From Acidimicrobiia bacterium (GTDB lineage Bacteria; Actinomycetota; Acidimicrobiia; Spongiisociales; Spongiisociaceae), in assembly GCA_041576165.1 (NCBI GenBank), contig JBFGLM010000003.1, positions 84,839-148,838 on the forward strand: a stretch of 64,000 nucleotides of DNA, read 5' to 3'. The notes below the pieces were generated by a model, which saw nothing but the letters and a program-made list of their open reading frames with translations, ran no database searches and was not told where the DNA came from. Of the stretch, positions 9,535-18,532 are shown piece by piece. Positions within the stretch are counted from its first letter, which is position 1. Each line of letters opens with the position of its first letter. Both the position numbers and the translations under genes were made by a program.

Positions 9535-10385
9535 GACATGAGATCACCATCGGACTCGCTCAGATCAGCGCTGAGCCTTACGAAGTCGAGGCAAACCGCA
9601 AGCTATGCGCGGACACCATCAGGGACGCCTTCGGACAAGGGGCCGACCTCGTGGTCCTGCCCGAGCTGATCATTCCCGGCTATGTAGCCGACGCCGCCCG
9701 GCTGTTTCCCATCGCCGAGCCGGTCGGTGGTGAAACGGTCCGCGAATGGACCGACCTGGCAGCCGAGGCCGGCGGCTACGTTGTCGGGGGCCTGGCCGAA
9801 CGCGCCGGCGAGTCTCTGTACAACACCGCAGTTGCGGTCGGCCCGCAAGGACTGATCGGGCATTACCGCAAAACCCACCTGTTCGCCGATGAGAAGGTGG
9901 CCTTCGCACCCGGCGATATGGGGTTCCCGGTGGTGCGGACCCGATTTGGGACCATCGGAATCTGCGTCTGCTACGACCTGAGGTTCGTGGAAGTCGTGCG
10001 GTTGATGGCTCTGCAGGGAGCCGACCTGATTTGTGTCCCGACCGCCTGGCTCCCCGGCTATGACCAGCAGCGGTGGGACGCCGACGGCATGTCGCCCCAG
10101 GGTCGAGGCGCTGAACTCCAAGCCAATCTCAACCAGGTATTCATAGCCTGCGCCTCCCAGGCCGGCATCCACGGGCAATGCGACTTCCTTGGTTCGTCGA
10201 TCCTCATCGACCCGTTCGGAAAGCGGCTGGTGGGCCCGCTGTCCGGCTCGGACGACGAAGTGGTGCTGGCCACGGTGGACATTGCCGATGCCAAGCGCTC
10301 CCAGGTACGGGGGGAGATGATCTCTCCGAGAGCGGACCGCCGCACGGACATCTACCAGATCGCAGTCGACGAGCAGCTGCTCTAA
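9531..10385 (+). CDS. Carbon-nitrogen hydrolase (nitrilase superfamily amidase/carbamoylase)
   Basis: Glu-Lys-Cys triad: LPEL, YRKTHL, CVCYDLRF. GTGA overlap with the upstream stop. Confidence 0.92.
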   Translation: MRHEITIGLAQISAEPYEVEANRKLCADTIRDAFGQGADLVVLPELIIPGYVADAARLFPIAEPVGGETVREWTDLAAEAGGYVVGGLAERAGESLYNTAVAVGPQGLIGHYRKTHLFADEKVAFAPGDMGFPVVRTRFGTIGICVCYDLRFVEVVRLMALQGADLICVPTAWLPGYDQQRWDADGMSPQGRGAELQANLNQVFIACASQAGIHGQCDFLGSSILIDPFGKRLVGPLSGSDDEVVLATVDIADAKRSQVRGEMISPRADRRTDIYQIAVDEQLL

Positions 10386-10480
10386 TTCGTACGTCCACTC
10401 TGCCGTAGGCGAGGTGTCGCCGCGCTCGCTGGGCCGACCACCTAGCTTTGGCGGAGAGGTGGGACAGGAGGAGGCCGAGC

Positions 10481-11086
10481 ATGACCACCCCGGAGCAGCC
10501 CTTCTACCGGCGACGAGGATTCGTCATCGGCGCGATCGTCGTAGCGATTCCCGTGATCGCGGTCGGCTGGTACCTGTTGTCGCCCCTTTTCATCAACCGC
10601 ACGGTCGAAGAAGAGTTTCCACGGGCGGCAATGGCGGCCGTACCGGCCGACATGACGGCAGAACAGGTGGAACAGGAGATGATCGACGCCGAGGGGGACA
10701 ATGTCGAGTCCACCGAGGATATGCCCGAGGCCGATCCCGTAGCGATCGTGACCGGAACCATCATGGGAGCCGACTCGTTCCACCGTGGCTCCGGCACGGC
10801 CACCATCTACGAACTGGCTGATGGCTCGCGCATCCTCCGGCTCGAGGATCTCGATGTGACCAACGGCCCGGATCTGCACGTCTTGCTCTCGCCGGTTGCA
10901 GCTCCCGAGAGCCGAGAGCAGGTAACGGCTGAGGGTTATGTCGACCTGGGAGGTTTGAAGGGCAATCGCGGGTCACAGAACTACGACATACCGGTGGATT
11001 TCGAGATCGGCGGAGAGCTAAGCGTGGTCATCTACTGCCAGCCTTTCCACGTCATATTCTCGACCGCGACGCTCGACCCTGCCTGA
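10481..11086 (+). CDS. DM13 domain membrane-anchored protein
   Basis: N-terminal TM helix; HRGSGTA, NGPDLHV, LKGNRGSQNY and VIYC..F.VIF motifs. Confidence 0.88.
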   Translation: MTTPEQPFYRRRGFVIGAIVVAIPVIAVGWYLLSPLFINRTVEEEFPRAAMAAVPADMTAEQVEQEMIDAEGDNVESTEDMPEADPVAIVTGTIMGADSFHRGSGTATIYELADGSRILRLEDLDVTNGPDLHVLLSPVAAPESREQVTAEGYVDLGGLKGNRGSQNYDIPVDFEIGGELSVVIYCQPFHVIFSTATLDPA

Positions 11087-11119
11087 CGGCGGCAATTCTT
11101 CGTCGCTAGGGTCTCCCGA

Positions 11120-11296
11120 ATGCCGCGCCGATTGCGCTTCGCCGTCGTGGTCTTCGTCGTGACCCTGATCGTCAACGTCGCGGTGCAAGCTGTGTGGCCG
11201 GACGGCGAAGTCGACTGGAGTGCGGCGATCGTGATCAGCCTCGTCACCGCCCTCGCCATATCGGTCATCGAGCAGCGACCTCGCCGCCGTGATTGA
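11120..11296 (+). CDS. Small 58-aa two-TM membrane protein
   Basis: MPRRLRFAVVVFVVTLIVNVAVQAVWPDGEVDWSAAIVISLVTALAISVIEQRPRRRD*. TAGGGT lies 7 nt before the ATG. Absent from the ORF track, which lists nothing under 60 aa. Confidence 0.65.
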   Translation: MPRRLRFAVVVFVVTLIVNVAVQAVWPDGEVDWSAAIVISLVTALAISVIEQRPRRRD

Positions 11297-11406
11297 AACC
11301 AGCCTCGATAACGGCGAGCTCGACCGCCGTGATGGCGCGGTCCACTGGTAGCGCATCGAGCGCGGCACTCCTAGAGTCTCACTCAATCGAGTTTTGGGAG
11401 GACTCA

Positions 11407-12243
11407 ATGCAGATGGTTGACCTGTCGCACACCATGAACATCCACACTCCGGGATGGGTCGGCTATGCGGGCAACAAGATGTATTACGCCCAGACCCTGC
11501 AGACCAACCGCATCGTCGCCCAGCGGATCGAAAGCTCCCTCCATGCTGGCACCCACCTGGACGGGCCGATGCATTCGGTCGATGGTGGAGGTGACATGGC
11601 CTCTCTTGCGTTGGAATTCCTGATCAACAAGGGCGCCATTGTCGACATCAGCGACCAGGTTGACGACTGGGACATCATCACTCCCCAGATGCTCGAAGAC
11701 GCCCCGGTCGAAATCGAGCAGGGCGACATCCTCATCATCCATACGGGCTATCACAAGTACTGGGAGGGCGAAGAGCAGCAGGACCTGGTGCGCTACTTCA
11801 CGATGCACCCGGGCGGGACTCGCGAGCTGGCCGACTGGATGATCGAACGAGAGATCAAGTGGTTCGGGATCGACGCAGGTTCGGGCGACCACCCGATGAA
11901 CACAACCATCCGGAACATGCGTCCCGATCTCCGGGAACAGTTCGAGGAACAGGTCGGCATGACGTGCGAGGAGTTCTTCCCACCGTACGAATACACCCAT
12001 CACCTGAGCGGACGCGTTGTGAAGAATGACATGTTCCCGTTCCACAACTATGCGATGCAGTTCGGACTGATTCACTCCGAAAACGTGGGCGGCGATATCG
12101 ACAAGGTTCTCAATCGCCGAGCCCTGATCGGGGCATTCCCTTGGAAGTACGAAGGTCTCGAGTCGTGCCCGTGCCGCGTGATCGCGTTCCTGGACACGGA
12201 TACGAACGTGGAGGAGTTCACCGGCGAGGCGATGGGCCACTGA
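11407..12243 (+). CDS. Cyclase family metal-dependent amidohydrolase (kynurenine formamidase/isatin hydrolase-like)
   Basis: HAGTHLDGPMH signature; GGAGG RBS. Confidence 0.9.
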   Translation: MQMVDLSHTMNIHTPGWVGYAGNKMYYAQTLQTNRIVAQRIESSLHAGTHLDGPMHSVDGGGDMASLALEFLINKGAIVDISDQVDDWDIITPQMLEDAPVEIEQGDILIIHTGYHKYWEGEEQQDLVRYFTMHPGGTRELADWMIEREIKWFGIDAGSGDHPMNTTIRNMRPDLREQFEEQVGMTCEEFFPPYEYTHHLSGRVVKNDMFPFHNYAMQFGLIHSENVGGDIDKVLNRRALIGAFPWKYEGLESCPCRVIAFLDTDTNVEEFTGEAMGH

Positions 12244-12290
12244 ACCCGAGATTCAACGCCGGCGATCGGCGCGAACACCGCCGCGGCATC

Positions 12291-13124
12291 ATGCTGGCGC
12301 TCGCAGGCATAGCTTCGCTCAGTCCGGAATCGCTCCTCATCCGGCTCGTGGAGGCCGACCGATGGACAATCGTCTTCTGGAGAGGTCTGTTGATGGCGGT
12401 GGGCCTCGGTGCGGCGTCGTCCGTGCTCGCCGGGTCTTCGCGGGTCATCCGTGAGATCGGGCCATGGGGGCTGGTGGTCGGCGCCTTGTTCGGTATCCAG
12501 ACGACCTTGTTCGTCGCGTCGATCACGAACACCACCGTGGCGAACACGCTCGTGGTGATGAGCGCGGCACCACTGTTCGCCGCGGTGTGGGCTCGCGTCT
12601 TCTATTCGCAGCCGGTTGGAACTCGGATGTGGGTGGTCATTGCCATTGCGATGGCTGGCGTCGCCTTCATGTTCTCCGGGAATGTGGGCGGCGGCGCCCT
12701 AGCCGGCGATCTCGCCGCGGTGGGTGCAGCTGCCGCCTTCGGGGGTGTGTTTGTACTCATCAGGCGGCACAAGACCGTCAACATGGTCCCTGCCATGGGC
12801 GTTGGTGGCCTGGTCGGAGCCATTCTCGTGTCACCGCTGGCCGCCCCGGCTTCGATCTCGGTCGCCGATTTTGGCTATCTGGCGACAAGTGGATTCGTGG
12901 TGTTGCCGCTGGGGTTCGGTCTGCTGGCAGTTGCCCCCCGCTATCTACCAGCGGCCGAGGTGGGACTGATAACGCTGCTCGAGACGATTCTGGGTCCGCT
13001 ATGGGTGTGGCTCGCGATCGGCGAGGAGCCAGGGATCAGAACGCTCGTGGGTGGTGCAGTCGTTGTCGGCACCCTGGCAGTGAACACCGCGTTGCTGCTC
13101 GCAGTCGCTCCGCAACCCGACTAG
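12291..13124 (+). CDS. DMT/EamA family transporter
   Basis: About 10 hydrophobic segments; TTVANTL and LLETILGPLWVW motifs; start uncertain. Confidence 0.88.
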   Translation: MLALAGIASLSPESLLIRLVEADRWTIVFWRGLLMAVGLGAASSVLAGSSRVIREIGPWGLVVGALFGIQTTLFVASITNTTVANTLVVMSAAPLFAAVWARVFYSQPVGTRMWVVIAIAMAGVAFMFSGNVGGGALAGDLAAVGAAAAFGGVFVLIRRHKTVNMVPAMGVGGLVGAILVSPLAAPASISVADFGYLATSGFVVLPLGFGLLAVAPRYLPAAEVGLITLLETILGPLWVWLAIGEEPGIRTLVGGAVVVGTLAVNTALLLAVAPQPD

Positions 13125-13213
13125 GCGAATTGATGCTCGACAGGACCGACGCAGGCGGATGGTGCGAGCGAATGCGGTCGTTGCGGGCGCAGCGGTGCCG
13201 GCCGCGAGTGGGT

Positions 13214-14134
13214 TCATCGGAGCCGTGCGGCGAGCGCATCGACCTCGGTACGGGTTGGAAGATAGAGGCCTTCGTGGCTGACGGAGATCGCGCCGGCGGC
13301 ATTGGCGAACGTAACGGCCTCTCCCCAGCCGGCCCCGGAAATGCGCGATGTGACCAGGCCGGCCATGAAGACATCTCCGCCCCCGGTCTCGTCGATCACA
13401 TCGACTCGTGACGTGGGAACGGTCGTGAATCCCTCTGGCCCGGCGATGACGGTACCGCCCGCCCCCAGCTTCACGCAAAGCCGCTGGGCGCCGGCGTCGA
13501 GCAGATCCCGGGCGGCCAATCTCGCCTCGATTTCGCCGGCGACGACGCGCCCGGTCAGCCCGGCGACCTCGGCGAGGTTCGGGGTCAGGACCTCGGCCGC
13601 CGCCAGCGTCGCCACCGACACGGATTCGGGCGGCGTTGGATCTAGGTACAGCGGAACACGCGCAGCCTGCGACCAGGCGGCAAGCTGCTCGAGCGCTGCA
13701 CCGGGAATCTCGGCCTGCGCAACGAGCGCATCACACCGCTCGAGGGCCGGCAACGCCGGCTGCAGGTGCGCCCACTCGAGCCGGTGATTGGCGCCGGGGA
13801 CGAACACCCGGGTCACGTGGTGGCCCGCAACGAGGTCGATAACAACGAATCCGGTGCGATCGCCTTCGATCTCGACAACATGGTTGGCATCGACGCCATC
13901 TTTGGTGATCGCGGCAAGGCATTCCCTGCCGTACTCGTCGGAACCCACGGCGGCGACCAAGGTGACCTCTGCCCCCAACCGGGCGGCCGCTCGGGCTTGG
14001 TTGGCTCCTTTGCCGCCCGGCTCTGCGATGTAGTACTCGGCCATGAGCGGTCCGTGGGGCGCGGGGGCGGATTTGAACAGGTGTATGTCCATGTTGACTC
14101 CGCCGACGACACCGATTCGCGGCTTCATAGGCAT
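13214..14134 (-). CDS. Ribokinase-like PfkB carbohydrate kinase
   Basis: PGGKGANQARAAARLG, TPNLAE and DETGGGDVF motifs. Confidence 0.9.
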   Translation of the reverse strand: MPMKPRIGVVGGVNMDIHLFKSAPAPHGPLMAEYYIAEPGGKGANQARAAARLGAEVTLVAAVGSDEYGRECLAAITKDGVDANHVVEIEGDRTGFVVIDLVAGHHVTRVFVPGANHRLEWAHLQPALPALERCDALVAQAEIPGAALEQLAAWSQAARVPLYLDPTPPESVSVATLAAAEVLTPNLAEVAGLTGRVVAGEIEARLAARDLLDAGAQRLCVKLGAGGTVIAGPEGFTTVPTSRVDVIDETGGGDVFMAGLVTSRISGAGWGEAVTFANAAGAISVSHEGLYLPTRTEVDALAARLR

Positions 14135-14496
14135 TCCCGGTCAACGTTGCGTCCGGGCGGGGCTGGTTGCGCCTGCATTGTGGACCCTCCATGGCTCGAC
14201 AACCGATTGTTCCATCCTCTTGGGCGACATGTACCCTGAGCCCGCGCCCTTCTGGGACTCGGGCCTATCGGCGACTGCAATGAAACGCCCGTTCGAGCAG
14301 CCCCCCAAGCGGCAACACCCGCACCGCGGGCCCATCGCTCGAGATTCGTGACCGCCGTCGGGCCAAGAGCGAGGGTCGAAATACTCTGGTCTCATGGCGT
14401 GGCTCGCCGGAGACTGCGATCAGGGCCTGTCCGCAAGCCGGGGAACGGCATGGAGGCGGCTTGTGCTTGGGCCCATCGACACCAGCGGAGTAGGGA

Positions 14497-15333
14497 GTGA
14501 TTGCGGTGAACCAACCCCTCGAAGTGCCCCAGACGCGAGGTTTGAGCTCCGAAGCGAGCATCGACGTTGCGTTCGTCACTCGCGGGCCGATCCCAGTATC
14601 GGCGCGGCGACACGCCGAGCGCATTCTCGCCTCGCTCGGAGCCAAGGCACCGCGCCCGATCATCTATGCCCGGTTCAAGCTCCGGGTCGAGCCCAGCCGA
14701 CCCCCGGACGAACAAGCGCTCGTACAGGCGACGATCGACGTGAGCGGGAGCCGAATCCGGGCACACGTGGCCAGCCGAAACGTCGAGGAGGCCCTCGATC
14801 TACTGGACGAGCGATTGCGCCGGAGGCTCCGACGCCTCACTGAGCGCCGCCAGGACAACGCCACCCGTCCGTTCCAGACACCGCCGGGAGTGTGGCGTCA
14901 CGGCGACCTGCCGACGAGGCGTCCCGCATACTTTCATCGCGATCCCCAGGACCGCGAGATCATACGCCGCAAGGCATACGCGCCCCGAGCAGTTTCGCTG
15001 GAAGAGGCTCTGTTCGACCTCGACGTGCTCGACCACCGGTTCTTCCTGTTCACAGACCAGGACAGCGGGGAAGACTCGATCGTCTACGAGACCGACGACA
15101 CGGTGGTGGTCCAGCACGTGTCGGGCGGCGTGCCCGAACCGGACCGGGTGCACGCATTGTCGGTTGCGGTGAATACGGCCCAGGCCCCGTCGATGTCGGA
15201 GGCCGACGCCATTGAGCGGCTCGATACTTCCGATGAACCGTTTCTATTCTTCCGCGACCGGGGGACGGACCGGGGAAAGGTCCTTTACCGCAGGTACGAC
15301 GGCCACTATGGGCTGATCGAACCGGCAGACTGA
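14497..15333 (+). CDS. Ribosome hibernation factor, RafH/Rv0079-like (HPF N-domain plus two S30AE C-terminal domains)
   Basis: Duplicated EEALFDLDVLDHRFFLF and DAIERLDTSDEPFLFF segments; C-terminal YRRYDGHYGLI. Confidence 0.82.
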   Translation: MIAVNQPLEVPQTRGLSSEASIDVAFVTRGPIPVSARRHAERILASLGAKAPRPIIYARFKLRVEPSRPPDEQALVQATIDVSGSRIRAHVASRNVEEALDLLDERLRRRLRRLTERRQDNATRPFQTPPGVWRHGDLPTRRPAYFHRDPQDREIIRRKAYAPRAVSLEEALFDLDVLDHRFFLFTDQDSGEDSIVYETDDTVVVQHVSGGVPEPDRVHALSVAVNTAQAPSMSEADAIERLDTSDEPFLFFRDRGTDRGKVLYRRYDGHYGLIEPAD

Positions 15334-15373
15334 TCCCCCCGGGGGGCGGACGCCCGATATCCGGCTCCAGGTC

Positions 15374-16675
15374 TCAGGCTGAATGGTCCCGGTGGGCGAT
15401 CAGGTCGATTTCGATCAGTAGCTCCGGCATCATGATGCCGCCGTCGCCCGACGCCTGATTGGAAGGAATCAGGTTGAGGGTGGGCCAATGACCCACCGGT
15501 TCCCATACCTGCCGCCAGGCACGTTCGAAGCCGCGGTAGTCGCGCTGAGCCCAACACAGAAACACCCGCGCGTCAACGACATTGCGTAGGTCGAGATCGT
15601 TGGCCTCCAGTTGGTGCTTGAGGAGATCCATCGTTCCGCGGACCTGGATCTCGATATCCGACCAATAGTGCGGCAAACCCTTCGGCGCTTGGGTGAACCC
15701 GAAGTTCTCGTAGTCAGGGCACGACACTTGACCGGCCATGAAGAACCACCGCCCGACCTCGATACCCGGAGTGAAATGGACCTTGCGGATGTCTTCGGGA
15801 TGCCACGCGATGCCCTTGCGGGATTCGACCTTTTGATGCTGGTCGTCAGGTGCAATGAACTGTGCGTTCGCAATGAAGATCGCGCCGGGCACCAGCAGGT
15901 CCGGCATCGCCATCGAGGCACGAGTGGGCGGCGACGTTCCGGCCTGGTGGCCCATGTATTGGTCCCAGACTCCGTCGAGATCATGGAAGTTGGCGAGGTC
16001 GATCTCGAAGGCATGGGTCTTCACGCACTGGGTGAGGTCACTCCCGGCAGCCTCCAGCACCTTCCCCCAATTGTCGAACATGTATCGAGCCTGGAGCTCG
16101 GTGTCGGACGCGTAGTAGGGCGCCACCGGGTTGGTAGTGACCGGGATGCCCGTCTCGAAATCGGTCGCTGGGTAACCGGACATGAAGACGAACGGTGCTG
16201 CCTTGACGGCCTGTGGACACCACTCGGCGTCCATCGGGTCGGGCACCGCGTCAATGTTGATCACCGCCCGCCTGTCAGCCGCGTCCCGGTGCAGCGCCAC
16301 GGCGACGAGGCTCAAACGAACGCCGGGAATGATGTGATCGTCACCGCAGACCGCAGTCAGCCGGGCAGGAGGCGCGTCGGGGAAGGCCTCTTTCCACGCC
16401 AGCTTGAACTCGTAGAAGTCTGATGCATCTACGAGATACACCTCAGCCTTGAGCGTGAGCGCGAGTGAGCTACCGGCCTCTTCGAGGATTTCCGCCAGGG
16501 CCACACAGACGGCCTTCGTTTGCGCCGCCACCTCCGACTGGCCGATGTGTGGTGAGATCGAGTCGCTATGCACGACGGCACCGTCGGCGTCGATCGGGTA
16601 GAGCGTGGACACGTAGACGAGATCGTCCTGACGGGACCAGCGGGGTGCGGGTAGTACGTTCATGGGCAGCGGCAC
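15374..16675 (-). CDS. Second triple-domain Rid family protein
   Basis: Three Rid-like units (FPDAPPAR; PQAVKAAPFVFMSG...PPTR; TPGIEVGRWFFMAGQ...LIEIDLIA). GTG 16675 lies 6 nt after GGGAGG. Confidence 0.83.
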   Translation of the reverse strand: MPLPMNVLPAPRWSRQDDLVYVSTLYPIDADGAVVHSDSISPHIGQSEVAAQTKAVCVALAEILEEAGSSLALTLKAEVYLVDASDFYEFKLAWKEAFPDAPPARLTAVCGDDHIIPGVRLSLVAVALHRDAADRRAVINIDAVPDPMDAEWCPQAVKAAPFVFMSGYPATDFETGIPVTTNPVAPYYASDTELQARYMFDNWGKVLEAAGSDLTQCVKTHAFEIDLANFHDLDGVWDQYMGHQAGTSPPTRASMAMPDLLVPGAIFIANAQFIAPDDQHQKVESRKGIAWHPEDIRKVHFTPGIEVGRWFFMAGQVSCPDYENFGFTQAPKGLPHYWSDIEIQVRGTMDLLKHQLEANDLDLRNVVDARVFLCWAQRDYRGFERAWRQVWEPVGHWPTLNLIPSNQASGDGGIMMPELLIEIDLIAHRDHSA

Positions 16676-16792
16676 CGGCAACCTCCCTTTCACCTGCAAT
16701 GAATGCCGTTGAGCCAGACTCTATTCGGTCAACTCGGGCGGTGACGGCCGCTGCGTAGTCGACGGACCAGATCGACAGCGCAGGAGCCGGCC

Positions 16793-18460
16793 TCACCACG
16801 GGAGGCCGTAGACCACTCCGTTTGCGCCGTCAACGGCGAGGCCCCAGTCGGTCGTTATGTGTTCGAGCGACGAGCCCACCAGGTCCTCGATTCGGGTAGC
16901 TGCCAGAGCAGGGATTGCCAGGGCACGAGCCGATTCGAACAAATGCGCGGCCGGACCCCCACCGGTCGTGATCAAGGCCGACGCGTCGAACAACAGCGCC
17001 CCCAAGCCGGGTTCGGGATATATGCCGACGACTACGTCGCGGGGCCGAAAGCCTTCCGCCCTGGCCGGTTCCGGCACGATGCACATTCGTCCGAAGGCGA
17101 TCCCGTGCGAGGCAGACGTCCCGGAGACCATCGCCCCATGGGCTGCGACAACCGCAGCGTTGAAGGGATCCCACCGGTCAAACCCGATGCGGCCGCGGAG
17201 CCTCGGCTCCCGCTTCCCGCTCAAGAGCTGTCGTGCCGTTCCGGCATCGACATGGCCCGCCAGTCCCGGGTGAGTAACCGCTCCAATCTCAACGAGACTG
17301 GTGCGCACGGTGGCGAGGGCGGCGAGTGCGTCTTCCGCCCGCGCCCGGTCGGGTGGGGTCAGGCGGGCGATCACAGCCAGAGCCGGGCCGGGATCGGGTC
17401 CACGGAGGTCGCGCAAACACTTGGCAGCCGTGGCCGCAGCATCCGGCTTGGGCAATCCCCACACTTCGGCTGCCAGAGCTTGTCCTTGGGCGGTCGCGTG
17501 GTGCAGGCTCTCTGCCGGGTCGAGCCGAGCCGGTTGAGCATCGACGGCGGCCAGCTCGGGATCTCCGATCGCCCACGGCAGCACCAGTTGCTCGCCGAGC
17601 GGCCCCGGGTATCGCCGGATGAGGCGGCCCAGTCGCGCCGCCAAATCGGTGGTGAGCGGATCGGGGATGGCGAGCCGGCCGGACGGTGCGGTCTCGACCA
17701 ACTTGTGCAGTTGCAGCAACCACACTTCGTCAGCTGCCATCGCCCACTCGCAGCTGTTGGCCCCCACCATGTCGCGAGCGTCGGTCAGCGCGCCCGCGAC
17801 AGCCCGGAGACGGCGCTCGCCCATCAGTTGAAGCGCTTCTTCGCCGCGCACCGCCTCGCCCGCGACCCGGGCCTGTACCCCCGGCTCCCAGCCCTGCACG
17901 AGCGGCGCGGGCGATCCTTTGACGGCCGTCACCACTACCCCGTCACCGGTGACGCGGGCGGTTCCACCGAAGTCCGGGTCGAGCGCGGGCTGGACGAGCA
18001 CCGCCATGCCGGCGCGCTGCGGCGAGATTCCGGCCGCGTTGAATCGCTCGAGTGCGTGCTGGGTGAACATGGATGCGTAGCAACCGAGCACGGCCTTTGG
18101 CGCTTCGCCCCGGTGCACATCCAGGTAGGAGGTGAACGCACCCGACCACTCGCCCGATCCCTCCAACAGACTCGACGAGCGGACCACCATGGGCACACTG
18201 AACCCGGCCGTTGCGCGTTCCAACTCGATGGCGAGGGCGCCGTCCAGCTCGGAAGAAGTGATCGTCATCCTGGCCCGCCCGGAGTTGTGACGTTCGAGCT
18301 GCTCGCACCCGGCGGCGATGAATGATCTCGATACCGCAGTCGGAACCACGACGCCGGGCAGCACCGCGAGCCCCGCTTGCCGGCCCTTGGCGAGCCACGC
18401 CGCCTTCGCCCCGCCGATGGCCGGGTCGAGGGTCTGACGGTCATCGAGGGTCAGCAGCAC
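16793..18460 (-). CDS. PEP-utilising enzyme: PPDK/PEP-synthase ATP-grasp domain plus phospho-His swivel domain
   Basis: IGGAKAA, VVRSSS..EG...SGAFTS and MAVLVQ motifs; C-terminal GGGPAAHLFESARALAIPA. Confidence 0.82.
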   Translation of the reverse strand: MLLTLDDRQTLDPAIGGAKAAWLAKGRQAGLAVLPGVVVPTAVSRSFIAAGCEQLERHNSGRARMTITSSELDGALAIELERATAGFSVPMVVRSSSLLEGSGEWSGAFTSYLDVHRGEAPKAVLGCYASMFTQHALERFNAAGISPQRAGMAVLVQPALDPDFGGTARVTGDGVVVTAVKGSPAPLVQGWEPGVQARVAGEAVRGEEALQLMGERRLRAVAGALTDARDMVGANSCEWAMAADEVWLLQLHKLVETAPSGRLAIPDPLTTDLAARLGRLIRRYPGPLGEQLVLPWAIGDPELAAVDAQPARLDPAESLHHATAQGQALAAEVWGLPKPDAAATAAKCLRDLRGPDPGPALAVIARLTPPDRARAEDALAALATVRTSLVEIGAVTHPGLAGHVDAGTARQLLSGKREPRLRGRIGFDRWDPFNAAVVAAHGAMVSGTSASHGIAFGRMCIVPEPARAEGFRPRDVVVGIYPEPGLGALLFDASALITTGGGPAAHLFESARALAIPALAATRIEDLVGSSLEHITTDWGLAVDGANGVVYGLPW

Positions 18461-18532
18461 CGCGACGATCCTTCCGACAAACGTGCGCCGCCACCCGTTG
18501 GGCGGCGGCGCACGTTCTCCCTCCCCAGGGTC

